Source of the DNA: Octopus vulgaris
Taxonomy: Eukaryota
Length of the DNA stretch: 64,000 bases
Assembly (NCBI GenBank): GCA_951406725.2
Contig: OX597831.1
Span: 30,318,001-30,382,000 of the forward strand
Reading direction: 5' to 3'
A model generated the notes under the pieces. That model was not told where the DNA came from, did not search any database, and saw only the letters and a program-made list of their open reading frames with translations. A program made the translations under genes and the position numbers. Below are positions 41,263-58,983 of the stretch, piece by piece (position 1 is the first letter of the stretch; each line of letters starts with the position of its first letter).

Positions 41263-41416
41263 CGTGGCTGTGCGGTATGAATCTTGCTTCCCAACCACAT
41301 GATTCCGGGTTCATTCCCATTGCATGGCACCTTGGCCGAATGTCTTCTGCTATTGCCTCAGGTCGACCAAAGCCTTGTGAGTGCATTTAGTAAACAGAAA
41401 ATGAAAGAAGCCCGTC

Positions 41417-41481
<65 letters not shown>

Positions 41482-41679
41482 AGTGTGTGTGCGTGCGTCC
41501 GTATGTGTGTGTGTGTGCGTCCGTGTGTGTGTGTGCGCGTCCGTGTGTGTGTGTGTGCGTCCGTGTGTTTGTGTACGTGCTTCGATTGTCTGTCTAAATC
41601 GAAATATTTATGTGTGTGGTTGTTTTTGCATGGTCCTATCTATGTAATTTGTGTTTGTATTTGTTTTTGTATTATAGTA
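39012..41679 (+). repeat. 2.67-kb tandem duplication, copy 1
   Basis: Sequence from TGATAACTGACTTCAACTC (39012) recurs at 41680; identical ORFs 39048-39263 and 41716-41931 are offset by 2668. Confidence 0.95.
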
Positions 41680-42835
41680 TGATAACTGACTTCAACTCAA
41701 AGCAATAGAATTGGTTCAGTAACAAAGTGGTAGATGAAGAACGTGCACTTTTGATATTCTATAGTACACAATAGAGCATGAATCAATGCGCAAGTAAATG
41801 TAAATTGTAAATGTATATATTAAACGGCTATCATGACACCGTTGCACATTTCGGATGCAATTCTCTAAGTATGTACAGATAACATTGTAGCTACCGGCAT
41901 TTCTACAAGCTTCATAAGTTAAGCATGTCATATTATTAAAGATATTAATCTAGAGTTACATCCATTGCAAACTAAGAATCATATTCAACCTGGCGGTATC
42001 TCTGTTGTTCTAGTGAATTACGTATTTACTGTTTCTATATATTTCCTACTGGCTGAGATGATGTCGTGTCGAAGGTAAGGCACGTACAGTGGCATTGACA
42101 AGTGGCAAACATGGCGAAATTCGCACCTGTCATTCTTACAGTCGCATCCGGATAGGTTTTGTTTCGACACAAGGATAATGTTGATTTATTAAAATTCTCT
42201 TGACTTCGAAGAACATCTGAATCTTTAAATTATCTGCTTTTTCATTTGGTGCATGATACAATTATCTGAAGTCACTTGTTCTTTCACACAATCGGTGGAA
42301 CTCTTTCTGTGAATTTTCCTTGCTAAACTGCATTTTGTCATCCGTTAATCCGTTTGATGCGTCCAAGCAACCGAAACATAGGTCGAATAATACTTTGCCA
42401 CACTAGCCATTTAGTTATATATATATATATCCATATATATATACATATATATATACATATATATACATATATATGTGTGTGTGTGTGTATATACACATAC
42501 ATACACAAACATATATATCTATATATATGATATAAATATACACATACAAATATGTGCATATATATGTGTGTGTGGCATGTGTGCGAGTGTGTGTGTATCT
42601 CTGCTTGTCCCCGCGCCTTCGTTTGACAAACGATGTTGGTGTGTTTACGTCCTCGCAATGTAGCCGTTCGGTAGAATCGACCGAGAGAATAAGTGCTAGA
42701 TTTACAAGGAATAAGTCCTGGAGTCGATTTGTTCGACTAAAGGCGGCGCTCCAGCATGGCTGCAGTCAAATGACTGAAATAAGTAAAAGAATAAAAGAGC
42801 ATATATATATATGATTATCCCTATCCACATGTACA

Positions 42836-42889
<54 letters not shown>

Positions 42890-43120
42890 CATGTCTATTC
42901 CTATATACATATGTAGACATATACATATTTATATATGTTATCTACGTAATAATAAACATATGTGGATGTATATACATTCACGCATATATGTTATGCAAGC
43001 TATACAATATGTATACTTTATGCAATATAGATGACTCATGAATGCATACATATCCACTCATACACAGACGTACACACACACACACACGCGCGCGCACACA
43101 CACGCGCGCGCACACACACG

Positions 43121-43185
<65 letters not shown>

Positions 43186-43627
43186 ACGCAAACATGCAAT
43201 TGCATACTGATATTTCTGCACACAGTTAATGTGAAGAGACACTCGTAAATATAATCAAACTTCAAGTTAAATTAAATATATAATTTATTCCGTTTAGGGA
43301 TTGAATATGTGACATATTCCTTCCAATATATAGCTTGATTTCATTTTTGAAGTCTCTTTGAATTAACTAAATTTGCATACCATTATGTGATTTCTGTAAA
43401 CCAGCTTTTATAGCCCGGTTTCATTGAAATGATTAACTGTGGTACTATAAGTTTTGAAAAGAGAAAAAAATCTGTATAACCAAGAAAGTGAGTTTTCGTA
43501 TACCCAATAATATGTAAAATATTTGTGTGTGTATGTGTGTGTGTCTGTGTGTATATATGTGTACATAAATATATTTACCCACATATAGTTACGTATATGC
43601 GCATGTATCTATCTGTCTATCTACGTA

Positions 43628-43674
<47 letters not shown>

Positions 43675-43828
43675 GTATATAGGCATATATATATGCAGAT
43701 ATGTAATATAATATATATGTAATAAATATATATTTACAAATATATTTATAGATACAGATGTACATATATATGCGTATATATATATATGTGTGAATATATA
43801 TATGAGTATATATACGTATATATAGATA

Positions 43829-43886
<58 letters not shown>

Positions 43887-44040
43887 CGTGGCTGTGCGGT
43901 ATGAATCTTGCTTCCCAACCACATGATTCCGGGTTCATTCCCATTGCATGGCACCTTGGCCGAATGTCTTCTGCTATTGCCTCAGGTCGACCAAAGCCTT
44001 GTGAGTGCATTTAGTAAACAGAAAATGAAAGAAGCCCGTC

Positions 44041-44109
<69 letters not shown>

Positions 44110-44307
44110 AGTGTGTGTGCGTGCGTCCGTATGTGTGTGTGTGCGTCCGTATGTGTGTGTGTGCGTCCGTGTGTGTGTGTGTGCGTCCGTGTGTTTGTGT
44201 ACGTGCTTCGATTGTCTGTCTAAATCGAAATATTTATGTGTGTGGTTGTTTTTGCATGGTCCTATCTATGTAATTTGTATTTGTATTTGTTTTTGTATTT
44301 TAGTATG
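41680..44307 (+). repeat. 2.67-kb tandem duplication, copy 2
   Basis: Colinear with copy 1; differs mainly in microsatellite lengths plus scattered substitutions. Confidence 0.95.
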
Positions 44308-44555
44308 TATGCATGTTTCTTTTATGTATAAATGTATGTATATGTGCATGTATATACAGTGCATTTGTTTACAGGTATGTATGTAGATATATATGTAGGT
44401 GTGTATGCTGCTATATATATATATATAGGTATGTGTCGGATGCTTGTGTGCACATAGCGTTTGGAGCTTTGAATGCATGTATGCATGCATGTATGTATGC
44501 ATGCATGTATGTATGCATGTATGTATGTATATATATGTTTGTATGTATGTATGAA

Positions 44556-44591
<36 letters not shown>

Positions 44592-45640
44592 TGTATGTAT
44601 GTATGTATGTATATATGTATGTATGTTCGAATGTATGTACGCTCCTCACAATGGACATAAGTCTGTCTAAGTGCATACGCGTATATGTATCGGCGTGTGC
44701 ATGTGTGTGGATGTTTGCGTATCGAGAGAAAGTATGTCTATAGTATTTTGTTTTCGGTGAATATGTTAACCTAGATTTTACAACACCAACTTTGCTGTTT
44801 GAAGAAACCCAAACATCACCCGATTCTACATGATTGCTACACTCACAACCTCATCATTACCTCTCCGCCATGTTTACACATCACAGGCAACACAACACTC
44901 ACATCATTAGCATTTCTCCTCCTCCACCACCACCACCACCACCTCACCAACTCCGCCACCGCTGCCACAACTATTTCAAATTATGATGAATTTGTTTAAA
45001 ACATCCATGGAAATATACCTACACGCACAGACACGCACGCACACACATACACTTAAACACAAACATACACATGCACATACACAGACACATACACACACAT
45101 ACAAGTAAATTACACCTGAAGAACAGAGATGGTAAACGGCATCAATTATGTAAACCAAACAAATAGCATAAGTTAATGTTTTACGCCCTGATCAATTTTG
45201 AATGTGTAGACCTATGATCAAAGGCGTACAAGGCGATACGGTCGGTCATTAGATATTTATGTTTATATCATCGAATGAGTCTCTTGTTAAGGTATTATGG
45301 TGTAATTTAATGGAAATTTGGCTGTGATTTGTCGCAAGTTGTGCTGTCACATAGATGTTCACTCATTAGCTAGTATCAATATGGTAGATAACCATTCAAG
45401 CCAAATCACATCATTTTTGTTTTAAATTTTTCAGGATACACAGGTGTATGCTTTGTTGCGTGCTTAAGAAATCTGCTTCATAATCTATGTGGTTTAGGAT
45501 TAAATCTCTCACTGCTAGGCGTCTTGCAAGAGTACCCTCTGCCATTGAACTGAAACTAGGAGCAGACCAAAGCCTTGTAAATGGATTTGGTAGACGGAAA
45601 TTGAAAGAACCCTGTCATATATATATATATATATATATAT

Positions 45641-47943
<2,303 letters not shown>

Positions 47944-48046
47944 GTGAATGGAAGAAATGGAGTTGAACGAAGATTGTACAGAATTCCTTTTATTACATTA
48001 TTAAACTTTTGAATAATCCGTAACAAGATAATTCATCTTTCCATTT

Positions 48047-48094
<48 letters not shown>

Positions 48095-48100
48095 ATGTGT

Positions 48101-48142
<42 letters not shown>

Positions 48143-48400
48143 TGTATCTGCTTCTCTCTCGCTTGGCAAACGGTGTTAGTTTGTTTAAGTCCCCGTAAAC
48201 CACATTTACCTTTTGCCAAGCCGCAAAAAAATAACAATAGAAGAACAAGTTACTAGATTTAAACTCCCAACATCCGCCAATAAAAAAAAAATTACTAGGG
48301 TAGATTATTTAGAGGCGATGCCACAACATGGCCGTAGTCCAATGAGTGAAACACATTCAAGATAAATGATATCTACTGAAATTGAAAATTATATTTTATA

Positions 48401-48914
48401 CTAGCAGTATCGCCCGGCGTTGCTCGGGTTTGTAAGGGAAATAACTATATAAGCATTTTTAGAGAGTTACTTCCCTTATAGATGCCAATTCGGGCTTTCT
48501 TAGCCATTTCTGTTTTGGTGTCTTCAAGCCATGAAGTCGTTGTTCTAAAAGAACGCTGGTCTCCTTGACAACGGTTTACGACGTTGATTTCCTTACACTC
48601 CCTTCCCCCACAGCTTCACGAGGGAGGGAAGAAGGGGGAGAAGCAAACAGGTGCAGGTGTGACCGTGGACGCCAACTCCGCCGCCATCGACACACGAAAA
48701 ATTATGCATTAAAATGGAATAAAAAATGATGTTAAATTATTTTTTAAATCGTAGACTCATCGTAGACGCGCGCTAATACTCAGACGGGCTCGATATGAAT
48801 CACGACTATAAGATACCCGAATTTGGTTAAACAGCACCGCAAAATGTGGGAGTAGTTAGGAATCTAAATCGAAGGGGACAGATACTCACACAACTACAGT
48901 TTTATATATATAGA
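48401..48914 (-). mobile_element. Non-autonomous Helitron (longest copy)
   Basis: On -: A|TC...CCCGAGCAACGCCGGG-CGATACTG-CTAG|T, no TSD; shares internal blocks with 22947-23237. Confidence 0.82.
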
Positions 48915-49223
48915 TTAAGCGTTTTTAGTTCCTGTCTGGTTGAAAGTGTAGGGCCTCACACATGAAGTATCAATGTTTTCAAAGAATTTTATGGCAGAAG
49001 GTTATCAAAGTAAATAGAATTATCCCACTTGAGGAATTAAATTCTCAACTCGACATGAAAAAGAAGATAACCTAAATATTATGAGTTGAGCTGTAGGTTC
49101 AAAAATCACTGAAATTTGGCGAAAATCTTATCATAAGTTTTGGCTTTGTTATTCTTTCCCAGCAAAATTTATGATTTAGCAGTCCTTGCATGAAATTTTA
49201 GTCTATTTTCTAGACAAATATTA

Positions 49224-49299
49224 CCCCGATGAGACTCATATGCATAAACGTGATTTTTTATAAATTCACTAGTGGATATGAGTCGAAACAAATTGAAGG
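49224..49299 (+). ncRNA. Decayed hammerhead motif
   Basis: CC-CCGATGA-GACTCATAT...ATATGAGTC-GAAA-CAAATTG-AA-GG: perfect 9-bp stem II, but U16.1 appears as A. Confidence 0.55.
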
Positions 49300-49494
49300 A
49301 TATATATATTTATTTTAATTATTTACTATATTATATTATATTACATTATGTATTTTTATAGTATAATTATGTTATTTTATAATGCTAATAAATTTTTAAA
49401 TGTCAATTGTATTTCTCTATTTCCTTTAATATTTGTATATTGAGATTATACAATTTTAAGTTCGAATTTTTCATTACTATATCTGCGGTATATG

Positions 49495-49555
<61 letters not shown>

Positions 49556-49556
49556 C

Positions 49557-49598
<42 letters not shown>

Positions 49599-49627
49599 TA
49601 TACACATATATACATACAGTCATACAT

Positions 49628-49684
<57 letters not shown>

Positions 49685-50704
49685 CGTATGCATGTATTGG
49701 GTCATCCCATAAATATCGATGTGGCAGTGACCGTGGTCAGACGCAAAAGGGTTAGCAGTCGGCCAATCGGTCACGTGAGAAGAGAGAGAAAAAGAGGAAC
49801 AAAGGAATTAAGGAGGGGAGAAGAGAGAGAGAGAGAGAGAGAGCGAGAGAGTGTGTAGAAGTAGATATACGGAAGAATCAAGGAGTGGCGAGAAAAAAAG
49901 AGAGATATGGACATATCTATATATATCCAACCACGGGTTCACAGAAATTCCCCTTTGTAAAGGAGCTGATACAGTGAGAAACTGATATTCCTTTGACAAC
50001 ATCATGTAAGCCTCCTTTACCAATATCAACCTATTTTCCGGTAGCCATCTTCGGTAATCTAAAGTCTGAAAGAGACGGTCTTTTGTAAGACGCTGTTAGG
50101 TAGGATGGAACCTTGAAGGACATTGATGAAAATCAAACTCCTTAATAACATGGTTATATCTGCTGCTATGAAATCAAGAATGTTTTCTTTTACTTAATAT
50201 CCTTAGAAATACGAGAGGAACCGCCAGGAATTCCACGTTTTAAAATGTTCTTATTTCTATGAGGAAGCATAAATATATTGATTGCAATATCATTGTTTCT
50301 CTTACAGTAGATCTTTCGATTATGCTCACGATGTCGTTCCATAGTAAGAAATTTTGAAAACCGACCACTCGATGGTGGATATAGATCCACGTTTAATACT
50401 GTTGAGGGTACAATGTATGAACGTGCTTCATTATGTTAAAAATTTGGATTACGTCCTCTATGTCTTTCCATACCTAAGCCCTGTTAAAAGCCTTATAATC
50501 GAACATGTGTCCTGATAAGTCGAATAATATAATAGATTAATATTGTTCTCTAACAGAATTCTACAACCTGATATGTTTTATAAGACTTCTCTATAAAATG
50601 TTAATCCACATAACCAAATCTGCATACAGTTTATTATACGCATTATTTAAAAAACACTATTATATGAACACACAAACACATATATATATATTCATTTATA
50701 TAAG

Positions 50705-50795
<91 letters not shown>

Positions 50796-51142
50796 TCATA
50801 TGATAGTGTTTTTTTAAATAATGCGTATAATAAACTGTGTGTGTATGTAAATATGTGCATATACATATACACTCATATACATACATATATACATACATAC
50901 ATGCATATAAATAAATACATATATACATGTATTAACAAATATATAAATATACACACTCATGTATTTGTGAAAATGTGTTTGTACGTAGATTCATGTATGA
51001 ATATTAATGTAAATTTGTGCGTAGAAGTATATATACATATGTACATATACAAATATACATATGTACACACCTCTGTAATAACCACGAAAAAAATATATAA
51101 TACATACATACACACATATACATACACACGTACATATGTACA

Positions 51143-51466
51143 TCTGGCACTCCATCGGTTACGACGACGAGGGTTCCAGTTCATCCGATCAACGGAAGAG
51201 CTTGCTCGTGAAATTAACGTGCAAGTGCCTGAGCACTTCATAGACACGTGTACCCTTAATGTAGTTGACTGGGAACTTTAGCGTGACACAGAATGTGACA
51301 AAGCTGGCCCTTTTTTGAAATAGAACTACTAATCATATTGTCAGCTGAGTGGGCTGGGGCGATGTGAAATTAAGTGTCTTGTTTAAGGACACAACACATC
51401 GCTGGGAATCAAACTCACAATTTTACGATCGTGAGCTGAATGCCCTAACCACTAAGCCACGCGCCT
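51143..51466 (-). mobile_element. SINE with family D head and family C-like 3' end
   Basis: GCACTCCATCGGTTACGACGACGAGGGTTCC end matches family C; CAGCTGAGTGGGCTGG..AAGTGTCTTG matches family D. Confidence 0.75.
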
Positions 51467-51469
51467 TTA

Positions 51470-51990
51470 CAATACATGCACACATACATACATACATACA
51501 TACATACATACATACATACATACATACATACATACATACACATACATACATACATACATACATACATACATACATACATACATACATACGTACATACATA
51601 CATACATACATAAATACATACATACATAAATACATACATACATACATGCATACATGCATACATACATACATACATACATACATACGTACATACATACCTA
51701 CCTACATACATGCATACATACATACATACATACATACATACATACATACATGCATACATACATACATACATACATACAACATACATACAACATACATACA
51801 TACATACATACATACATACATACATACAAACATACATACATACATACATACATACATACATACAACATACATACATACATACATACATATATACATACAT
51901 ACATACAAACATACATACATACATACATACATACATACATACATACATACATACATACACATACATACATACATACATACATACATACAT

Positions 51991-52021
<31 letters not shown>

Positions 52022-52075
52022 TACATACATACATACATACATACATACATACATACATACATACATACATACATA
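51470..52075. repeat. ~600-bp (TACA)n microsatellite
   Basis: Direct reading. Confidence 0.97.
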
Positions 52076-53174
52076 ACTTTACATACAACAATTCCTGATA
52101 AATATTATATTTATACGTAATAAAAATCCAATAGATAATAATACAAATAAAAAATTTATCGTTAAATTCAAAGTCAGTTTTAATACGTAGACGCCATTAG
52201 TCGAGAATCGAGAGTCATCTGGCAAGTAATTCCTTTAATTCTCACCTTCTATTATTCTCTAGGAGCGTGTGTATATCCAGCATAATTATACCTCTAAACG
52301 AGTGTATTAAATAAATGAATTAGCCTAATTGAATAAGGAAAGAAAACTATACGTTAAATTTAATTTTGCTACACCGTTATAGAAAATTATACAAAATCTA
52401 TAATCTACGCTTGATGTTTAAACAGTTAATCAGACTGCCTATATAAATGTATGCATGCATAGATATATGTGTACGTATGGGTATGTGTGAGAATTATATA
52501 TATATATTTTTCTCTTTTCTTCTCTCTCTCTTCATATATATATATACACATATAAAACGAGAGAGAGTGTGAGAGAAAGAGGGAACGAAAGAGAGATATT
52601 AACTGGATCACTATATACATAGATAAATTAAGAAACATATAGTAATGAATATATATATATATATATGTGTGCATCTATACAAACTTGCATATTCATATAA
52701 GCATATATGTATGTATTTATATATATATATCGTCGTCGTCGGTACCACACGTGTCCGAGTTTGGTTCATCCGGTGCCTCCATGATGCTTAAACCTATATA
52801 CATACATACATACATACATACATACATACATAGGGTAAAATTCACAAAAAACAAAAGACAAAGACAGGTGGTGTAGATAACAAATAGTTGTATTAGTTTA
52901 ACACTCGGGAAGTGAAAAAGTCTTTAACGTTTCGAGCCTACACATTCCCACAGAAAGGAACTCAGAAAGAAATAAGGAGAGTAAATAAAGAAACAGGTGG
53001 GAAAATTAAAGACAGAAAATAAAAAGAGAGAGAAAATTTAGAAATTTCTGTCAGCTTGCTTTGAGTCATGTGCTTATAGTGATGAATTAATTAAAATGTG
53101 GTTATTGACGACTTAAAGTCTATTCCCGGCATCTTTGGCATAGAAATTTTTCTATTGCCCTTATTTATAAGATA

Positions 53175-53212
<38 letters not shown>

Positions 53213-53483
53213 GGCACACATACACATACATACATACAAATATGCATATATTCATACATACATACATATATTCATACAAACATATATACATACATGCATA
53301 CATACATGCATACATACATACATACATACATACATACATACATACATACATACATACATACATACATACATACATACATACATTCATACATACAATGTAC
53401 TACCTCCCTATGCAACCTGAGGTTTTGTTAAAAAATAATGTGCAATGCCATTAGAAAAAAGATTGTTCCGAAGTAAATTTGAA

Positions 53484-53688
53484 GGAGTGGCTGTGGGGTA
53501 GGTAACTTGCTTACCAACCATATGGTTCCGGGTTCAGTCCCACTACGTGGCACCTTGGGTAAGTGTCTTATACTATGGTTTCGGGCCGACCAAAGCCTTG
53601 AGAGTGGATTAGGTAGACGGAAACTGAAAGAAGTCAGTCGTATATATGTATATATATATGTATATTATATGTATATATATCTTATATG

Positions 53689-53735
<47 letters not shown>

Positions 53736-53801
53736 GCATATATATATATTATATATATATTAGACATGGCCTGGACCAATCTCTGGTCGAAACATATCTA
53801 A

Positions 53802-53846
<45 letters not shown>

Positions 53847-54064
53847 GTGTATATGTTTGTGTGTCTATGTTTGTCCCCCTACATCACTTAACAATCGATG
53901 CTGGTGTGTTTACGTACCCGTAATTTAGCGGTTCGGCAAAAGAGACCGATAGAATAAGTACTAGGCTTACAAAGAATAAGTCCTGGTGTCGATTTGCTCG
54001 GCTAAAGGCGGTGCTCCAGCATAGCCACAGACAAAATACTAAAACAAGTATAAGAGTAAAAGAA
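53484..54064 (+). mobile_element. SINE family A with expanded internal (TA)n containing a ~45-bp insert
   Basis: Head GGAGTGGCTGTGGGGTAGG..GGTTCAGTCCC and full 3' part; insert at 53761-53806. Confidence 0.87.
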
Positions 54065-54387
54065 TATACCCCTGTTATTGAATAAGCGCATAAACATCAA
54101 TACAAGAAAGAACGTTGGAAGATTCCCATGAGTTGTAAACAAACCTGGTCGGATATTGTCGTTTGGAACAGAAAAGTCACATGGATCAACTGTCCTGCTG
54201 ATGGGAATATCTCTTTGCAAATCAAAGACAAACAGGATGACTACTATGGATGACGTCTTCGAAACCTCCAGCTTCTATGTCACATTTATACCAAAAATTA
54301 TTGGTGCACTTGGCTTTGTGTGTTTATGCCTAAGTGAGATGATGGATAAACCGAGACTTATAGAAAAAGAAATCAACCAAGTAACGT

Positions 54388-54768
54388 GGAAGCACTCCGT
54401 CGGTTACGACGATGAGGGTTCCGGTTGATCCGACCAACGGAACAGCCTGCTCGTGAAATTAACGTGTAAGTGGCTGAGCACTCCACAGACACGTGTACCC
54501 TTAACGTAGTTCTCGGGGATATTCAGCGTGACACAGAGAGTGACAAGGCCGGCCCTTTAAAATACAGGTACAACAGAAACAGGAAGAAAGAGTGAGAGAA
54601 AGTTGTGGCGAAAGAGTACAGCAGGGATCACCACCACTCCCTGCCGGAGCCTCGTGGAGCCTTAGGTGTTTTCGCTCAATAAACACTCACAACGCCCGGT
54701 CTGGGAATCGAAACCGCGATCCTGCGACCGCGAGTCCGCTGCCCTAACCACTGGGCCATTGCGCCTCC
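54388..54768 (-). mobile_element. tRNA-headed SINE family C, full length, with TSD
   Basis: Head GGAGGCGCAATGGCCCAGTGGTTAGGG..GGTTTCGATTCCC; TSD ACCAAGTAA(C/T)GT at 54376-54387 and 54769-54780. Confidence 0.92.
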
Positions 54769-55298
54769 ACCAAGTAATGTAGTGTGTGTGTGTATGTGTG
54801 TTCGTGTGACGAGCTGATCACGGTTTCCATCAACCAAATCCAATCAAATTCCTTTAGTCGGACCGGGGTATAGTCCAAGCCACTAATCCGAGGTGTCACG
54901 TAGTGGGACTGAAACAAGAACCATGTGGTTTAGAAAAAAACTTCTTAACACACAACCAAGCCTGCGCTAATGAATAGAGATTTTTCAATGTTATTTGCAC
55001 TTAATTATAATCGTGATATACGATAAATACGACAAAACTACGGCGATAAAGAAGAAACCTTAAAAATAGACAGCCTATTACTGATATGCAATTCAAACAT
55101 TTACATACTATTCATATAAACAGATAATAGCGTTGGAGAGTTTTTACTAAAGGAAATTAATTGAATGTGATGATGGCACCAATCAAAACCAAGTGCTAAT
55201 AGCTTCTCTTTCCATTCCACTGTGTCCATCTTGCCTACTACCTCACATTACTCTGTCTCTCTCTTTCTGTACTCATTTTCTATGCACACACTGACATG

Positions 55299-55437
<139 letters not shown>

Positions 55438-55562
55438 TATATTTCATTCAGAATGAAACAGTTCTAGTCCTGTAGAAGCTCCTTCTATAAAATAAATTAC
55501 TTTACTCTGCTATGTATTGAGTACCTTTTTTACTGCGATTAATCCCGACTCAACCCGGGACC

Positions 55563-55617
<55 letters not shown>

Positions 55618-55649
55618 AATAAAAATAAAATAAAATAATAATAATAATA

Positions 55650-55692
<43 letters not shown>

Positions 55693-55876
55693 AAATTTAT
55701 AAGTTTAAATTATTTAAATATTTTTTTAAATATTAACTTTAATTTAAATATTTTAATTTGGAATTTTATGTTTTTTATATTTATATTTTATATTTTTTTA
55801 ATTAATTTTATTTCTATGTATTGGCTTATGATTTTCACTGTTTGATTTGCCTAATAGTGGTTTTATCTCTAATTTA

Positions 55877-55929
<53 letters not shown>

Positions 55930-56036
55930 ACATATATACATATACATGCATATATATATATATATATATACATATGATGCATATATATATGCATGCATAC
56001 ATGCATATATTTATATATACATACATACCTACATAC

Positions 56037-56076
<40 letters not shown>

Positions 56077-56080
<4 letters not shown>

Positions 56081-57052
56081 CGAAATTCTCTTCAGAAACT
56101 AAAACGGAATTCTTTGCAAAAGAGTGCGGAGATGGTAGATGTGGGACCTGCAGCAACCCCACCTACAAATACATAGAGAGCAACAGAGAGATAAGATTTA
56201 AAAATGGTGTCATATTCAAAGTAAATGCAGATATGAACTGCAAGACGCAGAACGTCATATACTGCATAACCTGCCCCACATGCAAGGAGAATTACGTAGG
56301 AGAAACTGGTAATTCTTTGTGCCAGCGAGCCAGGATCCACCGACAACATATTCGGCAGGAAGAACTACGCAAAATACCACTAAGCACACACCTAGCTACA
56401 TGTGGAGAAGGAAAATTTAAGATATTTCCCTTCTACAAGTGTCCGAAGAATGACACCCCCTTCAGGAGGAATATGGAAAAACATTTCATAGCTAAGTTCT
56501 CCCCCAAATTAAATGGCTGAAACTTTACTCAACATACATTGAAGGAAAAATCTGTGTGTGTGTAGATGTGTGTATTGCCTGTTATATACATCATATTATA
56601 TTATTATCTTTATAATTCACTTCCATCTTTACCCTTTAATTGTCACTTTAATTTTAACTTTCCTATGACATACAACTTTCAAGATGGTATAATTTGGTTG
56701 TTCATTTTGAACCGATAAAAAGGTTTTTTCAAATATTTTATGTATAAGTCTGTGTGTGTGTGTGTATATATATGTGTTGGTATAAATATCAACACACAAA
56801 AATATTTTTTCTTCTCCACTTCCTCCCTTATTTTTATTTTTATTTTTATTTTTTTATTTTTTATTCTTTATATTTTTATTTTTTATTCTTTATATTTTTA
56901 TTTATTCTTTATATTTTTTTATTTTATTTTTTTGTTTTTGTTTTTATTTTATTTTTTTAATTTTTTAATTTTTAATTTTTATTATTATTATTTTTATTTT
57001 CCCTTTTCTCTTTTTGTCTCTCTCCCCTTCTCCAAACACACAGACACACACA

Positions 57053-57090
<38 letters not shown>

Positions 57091-57298
57091 AAAACACACA
57101 GAGACACACAGAGACACACACACACACACACCTCCACAGAATGATCATAGAAAGTGTGACCCCAAATGACATTTGCCAGGCCAACCTATGCACAACACAC
57201 ACTCAGTGACATTGAAATGGACAGCCAAAGTTCTTATAAAACCACAGGGGGTCCAGCAGACCAACGGAAATAACACTTCTTCACTCTCAGATATAAAT

Positions 57299-57366
<68 letters not shown>

Positions 57367-57580
57367 ACATATTTTCTCTCTGTCTCACTTCCTCCTCACC
57401 CACTACTACGAAACTATAAAAAGGTTCAAACTACCCACAACTGATTTGATTTGAAAACCCACTAGAATGGGAGCAAGCGCTAATCCGAATGATATGATAT
57501 ATATGTAAAAAATGTAATATATAAATAAATATCTACAAATATGAACCATCTGATCTGATTACCTCAATTTTTCTAATATA
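56077..57580 (+). mobile_element. 5'-truncated copy of the same PLE (Cys linker + GIY-YIG + 3' region), starting in (TA)n
   Basis: Protein from RAKFSSE to SPKLNG* (stop 56520) is identical to the end of ORF 18241-18759; 3' region colinear with ~19150-20165. Confidence 0.95.
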
Positions 57581-57609
57581 TAATACCTGTACATCATCTC
57601 CAAACCTTC

Positions 57610-57661
<52 letters not shown>

Positions 57662-57665
<4 letters not shown>

Positions 57666-58200
57666 GTATCCTAGATGGTCGAAAAATGTCGAAAGTGACG
57701 AACGTTCTCAGACACCTGCAACCAGCAGAACTGAGAAAAACATTGCAGATGTTACCAGAGGATGTGCAGATTAGTTACGGTTCAGTTCAGTCCATTATCA
57801 CTGAAGATTTAGATATGAGACGCGTGCCTGCTAAGTTTGTGCCAAACCTACTTTTAGTTGACCAAAAAGACACTCGGATTTCAGTTGCATAACATCTTGA
57901 TTGTATCGAGAACGATGGAGAAACTTTTGGGAACTTTGCACAGGATCTGAGCAGGTACCACCAAGGTTTTCGCAAAATATGACGCAGCTTTCTCTGTCAT
58001 GGTCAATGCGACGATCAGACGCTACAGATGTTCCGCTATTTACGGCACTGCTGTAAATAGCGGAAGTGAGCTAGCACGTTTAAACTTAGTGCGCATGCAC
58101 AGTAGAGATCAAGGTCAATCTGTGGCAAGCAACTTTACTTTGCATGCTTTAGGTTTGTTAATATGCCGACAGTCCGGATACTTATTGATCAGACCACGTA
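57662..58200. mobile_element. Rearranged mariner relic (5' end on -, internal piece on +)
   Basis: + strand: ISYGSVQSIITEDLDMRRVPAKFVPNLLLVDQKDTR. The - strand has a TIR-like TACGTGGTCTGATCAATAAGTATCCGGACTG at 58170-58200 followed by a decayed MTEK.. start at ~58000. Confidence 0.75.
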
Positions 58201-58951
58201 TATACATACATACATTATATATATATATATAATTATATATATATATGTACGTATATATGTACGTATATATCTACATATATAAATTTTTACATTTATATAT
58301 ATTTACATTTATATATACACACACACACATATATATATATATATATGTATGTATATATATATGTATATATATATATATACTCATAAATACATATGTGAGT
58401 ACTTATCTATGTACAAACACAGACACACACACATTTACACACACACAACAAATACACAGGCACACACACACACAAACATGCAAACATACATTTAGAAGCA
58501 GTCAAAAGTTGATATATTTGCACAGACGGATAAACAAATAAAAAATATCGCTTGCTTTCCATATCAAAACGAGAATAGACAAATGTGTGAGACATTTCCT
58601 AATGCTTATTTTCCAATCAATTTACGATTTACTGTTCGTGTATCATATTACGATCTGTTTGCGAATATTTTTACTTCTATATAATGTCATGGTACTTCTC
58701 TATTTGAATTGATTGAACAATCGCGGACGTGACTTTCCAAATTACGACACAAAACCACCAACTTCTATTAAAATATACACACTTTTATCTATGTGCAGAA
58801 TATTTTTCACAGTTTACACACATAAAACACACGCTCGTACATATACACACATTTATATATACATATGGATAAACACATATATGTATGTATATGCTTGTGC
58901 GTTAGTGTTCGTAAATACATATACGTAAACTTACACGGTTTTATATATATA

Positions 58952-58983
<32 letters not shown>

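Noticed and set aside
49930-50460. Complex sequence with short - strand open frames
   Set aside because: No recognisable motif in any frame I translated.
52922-52957. HHR-shaped motif on - (CUUU-CUGUGGG..GCUC-GAAA-CGUU-AAAG)
   Set aside because: The core and stem II are broken; counted only as a relic, not called as a ribozyme.
53761-53806. GACCA/TGGTC-GAAA-CATATC-TA half-hammerhead inside (TA)n
   Set aside because: No CUGANGA core is present; at most a truncated fragment.
55600-55800. Almost pure A/T stretch
   Set aside because: Could be decayed microsatellite or low-quality consensus; no interpretable structure.
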